NCBI RefSeq assembly: GCF_022045235.1 | Contig: NW_027266341.1 | Location: forward strand, 28,582,001-28,646,000 | DNA length: 64,000 nt | Reading direction: 5' to 3' | DNA from: Haliotis cracherodii | Taxonomy: Eukaryota | Shown here: one piece after another, positions 1-12,802 of the stretch | Position numbering within the stretch: position 1 is the stretch's first letter | Layout: every line of letters starts with the position of its first letter | Program-made: the position numbers and the translations under genes | The notes under the pieces: generated by a model | What the model saw: only the letters and a program-made list of their open reading frames with translations | Database searches by the model: none | What the model was told of the DNA's origin: nothing

Positions 1-1018
1 TCTGTGAAGCCTATGCCCGACAATGTCGCTCGCTATCCGCCCGACCTCTTATGGCAGAGTAATATCCGCCTCGACTCCGACGAGCGTCCGGCGCGCTCCG
101 AATTGCTTCTCTTATCCGAGTGAATGCGCAAATAAAGCCGTGCTCTGTCCTCCATTAATTAGTCGGCGAGGGCCGGACTCCGCTCCACAAAACCCATCCC
201 GAGATGCGCATCCAGCAGACGACGAACCCGAGCAGACGACAATGCAATAACAGACGATGGCCAATATAATGAAAGTTGTGCCGCAATACGGGGCTATTCT
301 GGCACGATGATCATTTTAATTTGGAAAGTAAGCATTAAACATACATAGTATGACATCTTAGTATACGTAGTAAGTCGTCGCGGAGTGATCCCAGGGGTGT
401 TGGTGTGAAAAGGCCGTCAAAAGGCAGCACTGCGTATCGATCGGCTCGTACATCCTGCAGTCAGAGGTCATCAGAGAAAAGGTCAAGTCGTCTGTGAGAG
501 TTAGATGCAGTCATCCGTGTTTTTATCATTGTCATCAAACTGATTAAAACGTCACATAATGTATCTTCAAATACCAGCAATAGCACCCCACCTTAATAAA
601 CCGTCTATATCAGGCAACCTTCGATGACCTTGAGTAAAATGCTGTCATCGTCTAGCTTTCCAGGAGGTCAGACGTCTGTCCGGTGCACGAGTGAGTGAAT
701 TTACATTTATATTCATATATTTATATAATATTATGTTATATTTACTTATATACAGTTTACAAATTGTGGAAGCATGTCATGGCGTGGAACATAAAAGGAA
801 GATAGATACACTGATGGCCCAATTGTCAAAGAGAGTTGCATCCCTTTCGTGCACCAGAATCTGATTATCCATACCCGTGCTCGTTTCACCGACGCGGTAC
901 CAGCATCACTTCGTGCTTTCTGGCCACATGCGCAGTGATAGAACTAAATATTGTTAAACCATTAAACCAAACTCACTCTGTTTGATCAAGCCTCTCCGTA
1001 GCTGGACAACGAACTGTT

Positions 1019-1281
1019 GACCCGTGAAGATTCCGGGGTAGAATAGGTCTTCAGCAACCCATATTTGGCGACTATGCTTGTCGTAAAAGGCGACTAACGG
1101 AATCGGGTGGTCAGGCTCGCTGACTTGGTTGATACATGTCATCGATTCCGATTGCGTGGATCGATGCTCATGATGTCAAACACTGGATTGCCTGGTCCAG
1201 AATCGATTATTTAACAGACCCCCGTCATGTAGCTGGAATGTTGCTGAGTGCGGCATTAAACCAGAAACAAACAAACAAACA
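1019..1281 (+). mobile_element. Family A short retroposon, full length
   Basis: Starts GACCCGTGAAGA, ends GCTGGAATGTTGCTGAGTGCGGCATTAAAC+(AAAC)n. TSD-like AACGAACTGTTG/AACGTACTGTTG. Confidence 0.9.
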
Positions 1282-1629
1282 AAACGTACTGTTGGGACAA
1301 TTGAGTCCTGAGTCCTTGTTCCTGAGTAAACACAAATTCCGGGTTTGAATTCTTAAACGAGAACACGAACGCCCAGCCCCTACACCTCGGGTCACAGACA
1401 ATGCAGAATCTCCAGGCATCCTTAATTAATGTCTCAAATCCAGCATATGTGAGTGAGTGAGTGAGTGAGTTTGGATAAACGTCCCTTCCAGTGATACTCG
1501 TTAAGATCGTGGTGTGGCGGCTGGGAGGTAGGCCGTCAGTGTTTGTAGAATATGGAGATGGTGACGACAGGTCAAGGGACATAATCGAGGGAAATTTTGG
1601 GCGGGAACTTGTCAAACACACAGCTTTAC

Positions 1630-3263
1630 AGTGCACCATGCCCCCAATCTCCGGTGTGAGTGGACCTCCCCATTACACCATACCCCCAATCTCTGGTGTG
1701 AGTGGATCGCCCCAATGCACCATGCCCCCAATCTCCGGTGTGAGTGGATCTCTCCACTGCACCATGCCCCCAATCTCCGGTGTGAGTGGATCTCCCCATT
1801 ACACCATGCCCCCAAGTCTCCGATGTGAGTGGATCTCCCCACTGCACCATTCCCCCAATCTCCGGTGTGAGTGGATCTCTGTAGTGCACCATGCCCCCAA
1901 TCTCTGGTGTGAGTGGATCTCCGCACTAAACCATGCCCGCAATCTCCGTTGTGAGTGGAACTCCCCACTACACCATGCCTCCAATCTCCGGTCTGAGTGG
2001 AACTCCCCACCACACCATGCCTCCAATCTCAGGTGTGAGTGGATCTCCCCAGTGCACCATGCGCCCAATCTCAAGTGTGAGTGGAGCTCCCCAATGCACC
2101 ATGCCCCCAATCTCCGGTGTGAGTGGAGCTCCCCAATGCACCATGACCCCAATCTCAGGTGTGAGTGGATCTCCCCAATGCACCATGCCCCCAATCTCCG
2201 GTGTGAGTGGATCTCTCTACTGCACCATTCCCCCAATCTCCGGTCTGAGTGGATCTCCCCATTGCACTATGCCCACAATCTCCGATGTGAATGGATCTCT
2301 CTACTGCACAATGCCCCCAATCTCCGGTGTGAGTGGATCTCTCTACTGCACCATGCCCCCAGTCTCAGGTGTGAGTGGATCTCCATACTGCACCATGCCC
2401 CTAGTTTCCTTTGTGATTGGATCTCCCTACTGCACCATGCCCCCAATCTCCGGTCTGAGTGGATCTCCCCACTACACCATGCCCCCAATCTCAGGTGTGA
2501 GTGGATCTCTCCACTACACCATGCCTCCAATCTCAGGTGTGAGTGGATCTCTCCACTACACCATGCCCCCAATCACAGGTGTGAGTGGATCTCCCCAATG
2601 CACCATGCCTCCAATCTCCGGTGTAGGTGGATCTCCCCACTACACCATGCCTCAAATCTCAGGTGTGAGTGGATCTCTCCACTACACCATGCCCCCAATC
2701 TCCGGTCTGAGTGGATGTCTCCACTACACCATGCCCCCAATCTCCGGTCTGAGTGGATCTCTCCACTGCACCATGCCCGCAATCTCCGATGTGAGTGGAT
2801 CTCTCCACTGCACCATGCCCGCAATCTCCGATGTGAGTGGATCTCCCTACTGCACCATGCCCACAATCTCCGATGTGAGTGGATCTCTCCACTGCACCAT
2901 GCCCCTAGTCTCCGGTGTGAGTGGATCTCCCTACTGCACCATGCCCACAATCTCCGATGTGAGTGGAGCTCTCCACTGCACCATGCCCACAATCTCCGAT
3001 GTGAGTGGATCTCCCTACAGCACCATGCCCGCAATCACCGATGTGAGTGGATCTCTCCACTGCACCATGCCCCTAGTCTCCGATGTGAGTGGATCTCTCC
3101 ACTGCACCATGCCCGCAATCTCCGATGTGAGTGGATCTCTCCACTGCACCATGCCCCTAGTCTCCGATGTGAGTGGATCTCCCTACTGCACCATGCCCAC
3201 AATCTCCGATGTGAGTGGATCTCTCCACTGCACCATGCCCCTAGTCTCCGGTGTGAGTGGATC
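1630..3263. repeat. Minisatellite, 42-bp unit (CACCATGCCCCCAATCTCCGGTGTGAGTGGATCTCCCCACTG), ~39 copies
   Basis: Direct inspection; 14-aa periodicity in the ORFs. Confidence 0.95.
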
Positions 3264-3429
3264 TTGGCTATGTACATAAGGTGGAGACAAACACGTCGGG
3301 CCAACAAGGAGCTGGCGTCCATATACGCCTCAACATTCATTAACCCCAGAATAGGGGTTCATTTTATATATCTGTAACCGCCTATCAACCTACCCATCCC
3401 AGATGTGAGATGACCCTACTCACTGCTTA

Positions 3430-5090
3430 TATGCGTTTATCAACATTTCCATCTCCGATGTGATCGGGCTTATGATATACATTCCTGTAGCTATCAACAT
3501 TTCCGCCTCCGATGGGAGTAGGTTTCCAATATGCACGTACATGCACGTACGACATACTGTTTCTGTCAGTACATCCGGGCCGAATGGGTGTAGATTGATG
3601 ATCTACCCATATGTGCATATCAACATGTTCACCTTCCCTGGTGGGGGCACAATATAGCCGCATGTGTCTATCAACATCTCCGTCCTCACTGGTGGGGCAC
3701 AATATAGCCGCATGTGTCTATCAACATCTCCGTCCTCACTGGTGGGGCACAATATAGCCGCATGTGTCTATCAACATCTCCGTCCTCACTGGTGGGGCAC
3801 AATATAGCCGCATGTGTCTATCAACATCTCCGTCTTCAGTGTCTGGTCATAATATACCATCATGTATCTAACAAAATATCCGTCTTTGGTGTGTGGTCAT
3901 GATATACCCGCATGTGTCTATCCACATGTCCGTGTTCAGTGTGGTCATGATCTACCCGTATGTGTCTATCCACGTGTCCGTGTTCAATGTGGTCATGATA
4001 TACCCGTATGTATGTGTCTATCCACATGTCCGTGTTCAGTGTGATCATGATCTACCCGTATGTGTCTATCCACATGTCCGTGGTCAATGTGGTCATGATC
4101 TACCCGTATGTGTCTATCCACATGTCCGTGTTGAATGTGGTCATGATCTACCCGTATATGTCTATCAACATGTCCGTGTTCATAGGTGGGGTCATGGTCT
4201 ACCCGTATGTGTCTATCCACATGTCCGTGTTCAATGTGGTCATGATATACCCGTATGTGTCTATCCACATGTCCGTGTTCAATGTGGTCATGATCTACCC
4301 GTATGTGTCTATCCACATGTCCGTGTTCAATGTGGTCATGATCTACCCGTATGTGTCTATCCACATGTCCGTGTTCAATGTGATCATGATATACCCGTAT
4401 GTGTCTATCCACATGTCCGTGTTCATTATAGTCATGATCTACCCGTATGTGTCTATCCACATGTCCGTGTTCAATGTGATCATGATCTACCCGTATGTGT
4501 CTATCCACATGTCCGTGTTCATTATAGTCATGATCTACCCGTATGTGTCTATCCACATGTCCGTGTTCAATGTGATCATGATCTACCCGTATGTGTCTAT
4601 CCACATGTCCGTGTTCAATGTGGTCATGATCTACCCGTATGTGTCTATCCACATGTCCGTGTTCAATGTGATCATGATCTACCCGTATGTGTCTATCCAC
4701 ATGTCCGTGTTCAATGTGATCATGATATACCCGTATGTGTCTATCCACATGTCCGTGTTCATTATAGTCATGATCTACCCGTATGTGTCTATCCACATGT
4801 CCGTGTTCACAGGTGGGGTCATGGTCTACCCGTATGTGTCTATCCACATGTCCGTGTTCAATGTGGTCATGATCTACCCGTATGTGTCTATCCACATGTC
4901 CGTGTTCAATGTGGTCATGATCTACCCGTATATGTCTATCCACATGTCCGTGTTCACTGGTGGGGCACAATACACCCGTATGTGTCTAACATCAAGACCG
5001 TCTTCAATGTAGGGCACAATATACCCGTATGTGTCTATCAGCATGTCCGTGTTCACTGATGGGACACAATATATCCGCATATGTCTATGA
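3430..5090. repeat. Minisatellite, 48-51-bp unit (CCCGTATGTGTCTATCCACATGTCCGTGTTCAATGTGGTCATGATCTA), with 50-bp variants at 3640-3835 and degenerate edges
   Basis: Direct inspection; 16-aa periodicity. Confidence 0.95.
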
Positions 5091-6673
5091 AAGTATAATT
5101 TACCCGGTTTGGGCTTGACATTGTCCTTCCCTTGGGGTTACAAGTATGTATGTGCGCGTGTATCTGGTTTTTCTAAATAGTATGTCTTAAATACAAATAT
5201 ACGATATGTTTCAATGACAATTAAAAGTACAATCTGAAGCACATAAATATGTCCTGACTGTCCCAAAGAACAGCAGAGCATATACGATTACCATGGTTAC
5301 TGAGGCCCGAGGGGTCGAAGGTCACGTTTACTTAGCCCTGCTGTCCGCTGATTGGTCGAGTTCACTATCCGGGCGCAGTTTGGCGTAACAAGATTATAAA
5401 TGCAATTCGTTCCCAGTGAACAGGTATGACTACTCGAATGCTAGGTCCAAGTTTCCATTTCATCCCCGTTATAGGGCTGTATTCGGTAGACGTGTCAGCC
5501 CGGCTGATGAAATCCGAGTGTGGTAACCATACCCGTAGTCGGCGAAGCGGCAATACAGCTCAATCATTGCAGTCGATAAGGTCAATAAAAACATAAGCCA
5601 GTCTTGTATTCGATTTGTTGTATTCATATCAGAACAATACGGATAAAAATATACACAATTACCGTCGCCACCCAACATCGAACAGTCGGACTGGTCGACA
5701 GATTCGGGTGACGGCTGACAAATGATCGCAGGCTGTACACAATAACAGTTGTCGTTAGGCGAGCAGCAGCGGGGCGGGCTAAAACCCACGACAAATAAAA
5801 AACATATATTAACGTACAAGAGTTGAATACGCAGCTCCGATTTACCCACATGATTTGATTGAAGAGGTCGCTGGTAATGCTGTTGTCTCGCTACGGAAAT
5901 TCAGTTCTTTACCATGACCATTTACAGAGTTCGGGGAATATATATATTTGCATCTGCACTTAATTTGCATAAAATACAATTTGCCATTTGTGACACCGTG
6001 TTGATACATCAACGCCATCATAAAGCATTCAAGGAGACGCCACGTCAGACCACTCTGAAGACAGATTTTACGATTTAAGAAACGCAAATATTTAACCGCC
6101 ACAGCCCGGTGAAGCCCTTATCATGAAGTCAGGACAAATTTTTACTTCTAATCGCGATATGGCTTCAGTATTGCCATTGTGATGTAAAATGTTAACTCAC
6201 TCACTCACTTGACCTGTGATGCTGTTGCAGTAGTTTGATTGGTAGACACGCACCTCTGTACTAAATGAAGCACTTCCGCCATCACGACGAAGAATTGAGA
6301 TGAAGGTTAAAACATGGTGAAGGTCGCAATGACATGGGTGAGTGTATGATACATGAATTCGCCAAACAACGTCAAAGATCCACGCTCTGGCCCTCTCGGC
6401 TCAAACATATTGTCGGATGAAGGAATATTTGACCCCTCTTCGCGACGCCAGGGATTCCAGATCGAGTGGTAAAGCATACCTTTACATAACAGAGGCTGTA
6501 GATGTTCAAAGGCCTGGTTATTTCGACAAGCCTGGGTTTTCACGTTTACAAATGATGATCTCAGTGTTTTGGAGTTGTAACGTGGTTACAAACTACTGTC
6601 AGACCTCTCTTACACACAGCAACGTTACCACATTGTTGGCGGTCAGCACAACAAGGAAAATGGAGGGAGAGAG

Positions 6674-7162
6674 ACTGAGGGTGACGGGTAAACTGTGGGT
6701 GACGGGTAAACTGAGGGTGACGGGTAAACTGTGGGTGACGGGTAAACTGTGGGTGGCGGGTAAACTGAGGGTGACGGGTAAACTGTGGGTGAAGGGTAAA
6801 TTGTGGGTGACGGGTAAACTGAGGGTGACGGGTAAACTGTGGGTGACGGGTAAACTGTGGGTGAAGGGTAAATTGTGGGTGACGGGTAAACTGAGGGTGA
6901 CGGGTAAACTGAGGGTGACGGGTAAACTGTGGGTGACGGGTAAACTGTGGGTGACGGGTAAACTGAGGGTGACGGGTAAACTGTGGGTGAAGGGTAAATT
7001 GTGGGTGACGGGTAAACTGAGGGTGACGGGTAAAGTGAGGGTGACGGGTTAACTGTGGGTGAAGGGTAGACTGAGGGTGACGGGTAGACTGAGGGTGACG
7101 GGTAGACTGAGGGTGACGGGTAAACTGAGGGTGACGGGTAAACTGAGGGTGACGGGTAAACT
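6674..7162. repeat. G-rich minisatellite, 18-bp unit ACTG(A/T)GGGTGACGGGTAA, ~27 copies
   Basis: Direct inspection. Confidence 0.95.
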
Positions 7163-10100
7163 AAGGGCGACAGGGTGGTGGTATGGACTTGGTGTGGAAG
7201 TTTGAAGTTATTTGATTTGACTGAACGACTAAGAGTGCGTAAGTGAGTGGGGTGAGTTTGATGCATAGAGAATGATAAAACTTTACCATTGACCAGTTAA
7301 GATTGGTCACACAGGTAATGTATACCACGTTCGCGCCTAGAGCCACACACACACTTCACCGTACAAGATAGCTAATGTCATTTACAAATAACTTAGGGAC
7401 ATTTAAGATGAATATCCTCTCATAAATTGATAAAATTCACAGACATGTCACCAGCCTCGTGCTCAATACCTCCCCCAGCCTGCCCTCCTACGTCGGTTCA
7501 TTCCCTGCTGTGTGTGCTCAACTTTGCCAGTACTTATTGACCGATGTTTAGCTCCGGCGATGATGTATACCTGGCTAATAGTTTCCTGAAACATTAACCA
7601 CGGCGTTATCATTGGTGTAATATTAAAAACATAACATTCCCACTATGAAAGTCAATAAAACCCGCCGTTAATTCTCAATACAGATTCGGTGGCAAGGTTG
7701 ACCTAGGCCCCCTCATATTAATAGACTCGGCCGGTTGTTGGAGCGGTTTTCCACACGACGTATAACGCACGAGTCGGACACGGTTTGCTGCAGTTGAAAC
7801 TGGTTGTTGATGATTGTTGGTGACCGTCTTCACTCTCACTCAACACGACTTGGGCTGGACGAGTACAATCGATGTAAACAAGTCATGTAGGTCAACCCGT
7901 GACCTCATAGCCGGAAGCAGCACGCAGAGGGATTCTCCTCACACAAACATACTGCTTTCCTATCGCCTAGTGTTAGAGTAGGCGCCTGGGTGCGATCCCG
8001 TGACGTCACGCGGGAGAATTGTGTCACCGACAATAGACAGGTCGGCTGATTGTCTCAGTTCACTGTAGGCGTCATTCGGAGCCGACCTCCGTCTGATTGA
8101 TCCGGCGCGATCAGTTTGGCCAAACACAGATAGAGTGAGCGCTTCCCGACTGCGAGTGCAAGCCAGGCCGCGGGACAGTGGTGGCGACACAGCAGTGTGC
8201 TTGCTGACAACTAGGTCGCTAGGCCACAGACGAGCCCCAGGTTATAAAATCTGCTTGACTGACACCCCTAAATTTATCCAAGCACCTGGTGTCTGATATC
8301 AAATCCCGTGACCACAACATCTGCACAGCACACGGTGTCACATATCCATCAAGGAGTCTTTCATATTCAGCACCCGCGACCTAAACGCCGCCATGACACC
8401 AGGTGTTGGGCATATTAATGCTATTCAGACACCCATTCAAATCCCAACCTAAACACTACTACTTTTTTTCCAAAATACTGTTTGCACGTGTATGGGATTG
8501 GGGTGTTCAGTCCCTATTACTGTCTGGGCAAACAACTTCTTTCTCTGTGTACTGGTATTTGTTGACGGTATCTAGAAGTCAGTGACAAATACACTACCGT
8601 TGTGTCTGAACTTACATTTAAACTCCCTGATTAGAATAGACTCGCTGGCGGGTCCAGAGAGAGGTTCCCAACCACACCCTTTTCCAGAGAGGTTGCACGC
8701 CAACCCATCTTGCATATATTCATTCCATAGACTGGGGTCAAGTACGCACCCTCCCCTCACCCCAAACCTATTTCAAAATCATGGATCCCCTTTATAAATT
8801 CATAATTTAAAACAAAAAGTTATCTTTCAAAACGATTCAATATTTGTGACACCGAACAAGGACGGCGGAAGGTGGTGTGTCCCAGGCATCTCATAGCCTT
8901 GTCTTCATCCCAGGTGGTGGTGTTCCGTGGCTTCAGCACGCGGGCCATGCAAGTGCGTCACTCATCCACCGCAACCACCTTCCCTCCGGAGGGGATGTTT
9001 CTGAGTCGTAATATCAACCCTACGTCACAGTGCCTGCAGTAATGTGGCATTTCAGCCCGGCTACCGGTCTACCTGCTACATGTGAAATACATTTACACAA
9101 ACTTGCGCTCGGTTTGATATGACTCATCATACCGCGAAGGTAGTCGGGTTTTTAGACTGTAATTACCCAATTTCCGACAGAAATGAAAGTGTCATTAGAT
9201 AAACTACCGCCCCTCTCCCCCTGCTATATGCACTATTCCAGTTTGCATTGACGTATATACTCCACTAGACAAATTTGCTTCACCAGTAAAGTAAATCAGC
9301 CTTTTGACAGTCAGTCAATTGTTTTTATATTCAAGTGAGAGAGTCGGGTCATTATCGTTCCTGCTTCGCTAATTACTTACTTTATTAGCCTAGGGAGTAA
9401 TGTAATCAACGAGGAACTGCCAAATGACATTTTTTGCGAAAAAATCAATTCGTCTGTCTGGTTTCTAGAATATGTCCAGTCCATTCTCAGAATTAATCTG
9501 CGAGGTGAACTTGTGTAATTCCGAACGCGAGACTGTCTGAGGCGCGAGTTTCTCAATAGACGGTGTCAGTTGTGTCAGCCGCCGAATGAGGCTCACTGTG
9601 GCCGATAAGCGAGTGAAGGTAGTCGTTATGAGTACAGTATATACACGGCTGACAGATCAGTGTTCACTTTGGACTCAACGTCTAATGTACGAGGACTGGT
9701 CCTACCGAGCATCACCGCAGCATAAACAAATCAATAAAATTCAGCATAACACGCTTGGCTGGGTATTTGGTGTAACCGAGTTCGGACGGAGTTAACGAAC
9801 TGAGCAGAGCCGGTGACATTGCTGCTGAAGACGAGGTTGACGCGCATCATTAAGTGCATGCTTTCAAGTCTTTCGGAACCCATTGAAAATAAACAAATTA
9901 CAAGCTTTTTAGTTCAATATCTCCCCCGTTGATAATGTTGGTGATACATTAAAAAATAGAAATTATGAAAAGGGACACATTTGAACAATTTCATTTCGGC
10001 AAGGTGAAGCTGATACGTTGGTGACCACTAACGCCGTGATATGAATAGGGATACGCTTCTTCAAGGGTTTGCAATGAGTTTTGGACAAAGATGCTGATTA

Positions 10101-12802
10101 ATCGAATATGTAACGATACATCTTTCATAGCATGCCGGTCAGGGGTACATTACTTCCGGTTTCGAGACTACACGTAGCCTCAAACCCGTCGTTGCCATGG
10201 TGATGTAATCCGGTACTTCACCATCGTTTTATATATACGCAAGTATACAAGACTATACCTATATTTTACCCTTGGTAGAACCGGAGACCTTGACTTACAC
10301 CAGCCAGGGTCAGTCCATAACGTATGACAGGGGTGGGGTTACATGTGTGATATATACTCGTGGTCGACAACAGATGTGGCGTAGAGAAATATAGTACCTT
10401 TTGATTTAATCAAATCAAGCGTCAATTTGCTAATGATGGCGCCCGAAGGCATCCTATGCTTGGTTGCGACCAGTCTAGCTGCTTGTTCCACTGTTGCGGG
10501 TGGAAGCACATACCACTGTTGGTGTAGAAAGACGCGGGATGGGATCCCCTGCCCTGCATATCCCGGTTGCTAGTGGCGCACGCGAGATGTGGGGCGGACT
10601 GGCGATATGAGATTCAATACTGATTAATAAATGATACCCCCATAAGCGATAACAGTGGTGCTTGGCGGCCTGCATGGGATAAAGACGTGAATAAGCGTTC
10701 ATTGCTGTAGCCTCAGATACTCCAGCATAATAACTGGACTTCTAGCATTGTCTTACGGACAAAACCTTTGAAAATTTGAAGAAAAAAAACACTTTTTTTC
10801 AATTAGCTTAATTGTCAATAAAACCAGATAGATCACTTGTCAGTTCAAATTTAACAACAGCTTGATACTCGAGATAAAAAATAACATTAAATAGATTTTA
10901 CGAATCAATGAATATCTATCGTTCCTGTCATGATAGGTTAACGTGTGTAAAGGGTATGAATAAACCACCGCCAGGGGTTGAGTGGGAGTAAGAGTTGATG
11001 TCAGTTGCCAGGTAAACAGTACAGAAACAGCAGCTAGACTTCGCTCGCAGGAATGATAATACATGTTGGTAACACGATTGATAGCGATGTGGGTACTTGA
11101 GTTTGTGTCTTGTTGAGAATCGAACAAATAAATGGAAACTAACAGCCACAGCCATTTTGTCAGATTTTGCATTCAAGTCTTTTCTTGATAACAAATGGCA
11201 AATACAGTTACACCAACCCCGACGAGGTACTTGAGTGTTTCAACTTCGTTAGTTGGAATATATATTTATACTTGACATCAAGCATTTCACCCAACCCTTG
11301 TGTATTTAAAGGCATTTGTAAGAGGTATGCAGATTTACGCGTCAAAAGGAAATGGACTGGATAGCGAACGTCATCACCATGTCGTTGAGGTTGGCGGGGC
11401 AGAACTTCATGTAACCACAAGTCATGGAGACTGTCTTAAGTCAACAATTCCATTAATGTCAATTTGGAAATAATCTCAACTTGAGATTCGACACTTTTTA
11501 ACATGATGACAGTTACCGTTAAAATAAATACTCACTACACTAAAAGTGAGTGTTACAAGGGAAACGTCCTGCTAACACTGTCAGCAACGGACGTCCCGAG
11601 CCTAATGTAGGGTCCTGGCAAGTATACTGTCCCCGTTACAACACGAAAGGGCCTGGGTAGAGTTGTTGATAACAGGCCTGTTTGAAATTGGCGTGACATA
11701 TTTATAGCTTTCGTGTGATTTGATATTGATATTTCGTGGATCCCTGCTTACATCGCTTGACTGAACCTGATTGAAATGTCAAGGTTCAATTCGATAGGTT
11801 TTGATATACGGCCGCAAATATCTCAAATCGATCGAGGATAAGCACGATGGATTGCCATATTAGTGTTTGACTGGGAAAAGAGCGCTAGTTCACATTCATT
11901 TTCAATCTCAACAAGACATAAGGATGCAATAAGTCAATATATTCATCAAATACAAAAATAATTTGATTAAACCAATCTAAAATGTATGTCATCTATTTGA
12001 GCTACTGATTCCGGACCGCCCGTCCAAGGTATTAGCGTCCTCGAGATACTATTTGCTACAAAACTAGTTCACTGTGAAGCACAGATGTCCGCGCCAAGAA
12101 CTAACCTCGGCAGAATGACTTGGAGTAAGTAAATCCAATATGGCGTCATCCGCCATCTTGAGATCGTCAGCAGTGTCTGTTACCATGGTTACCGAGCTAT
12201 GGTCCCTGAAAACCTCGGAAATACACAGAAGCGGGTTCAGATGATGTCCGAACTATAGTTCATGCAGTAAGTCCTGCGACGCCATAACACATTGCACGTG
12301 AATGCGTCCGTTACGTGTCCAAGTATCACTTCTCAAAAGAGCGACATCATTAGTCCTTGTCACTCTGCGTCCTGCGTTGCTGAGGATGTACGTAGCACAA
12401 GATGCCATACTCCCTAGACTATCCACAATATCCGAGACCCGCTCACGCCGCCCGTCAGGCCAGCGAAGCGGAGAAAGACACACACGAGGTAGATAATGAT
12501 GATGGCCGTGTACTCAACACAGGGGGTGTCATGTACGATCGTCCAGCGTTACACAATGCGTCCTCTCAACAAGGTTTGCGTATGATGAAAACATCGCATT
12601 CAACGCCATCGTGCCAAGTCGCTAAGTCACGTCAGCACTCAAGATTCACAATCGTGGCTGATTTTTGCAATCACAAATAGTGAATTCCGTGTATGTACAT
12701 ATACACATTGTGGAACGACTGGCGGTATTTGCACTGGAACAAATCACTCCACACACACTTCTATGTGTCAAATATACAGATCCTGTTCCCGGCAAGGTGG
12801 TA

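Noticed and set aside
1491-3377. 628-aa and 448-aa ORFs (CEWISPLHHAPNLR / TMPPISGVSGSPHC repeats)
   Set aside because: Products of a 42-bp minisatellite. Several frames are open, the register switches near 1815, and most variants are non-synonymous.
3893-5059. His/Cys-rich and hydrophobic repeat ORFs on both strands
   Set aside because: 48-bp minisatellite open in three frames, grading into 50-bp out-of-frame units.
6417-7266. KLWVTG and extensin-like VYPSP repeat ORFs
   Set aside because: 18-bp minisatellite with no signal peptide or splice support.
9380-12802. MAML 3' UTR end and polyadenylation site
   Set aside because: No convincing proximal AATAAA found on the minus strand; the end cannot be placed from sequence alone.
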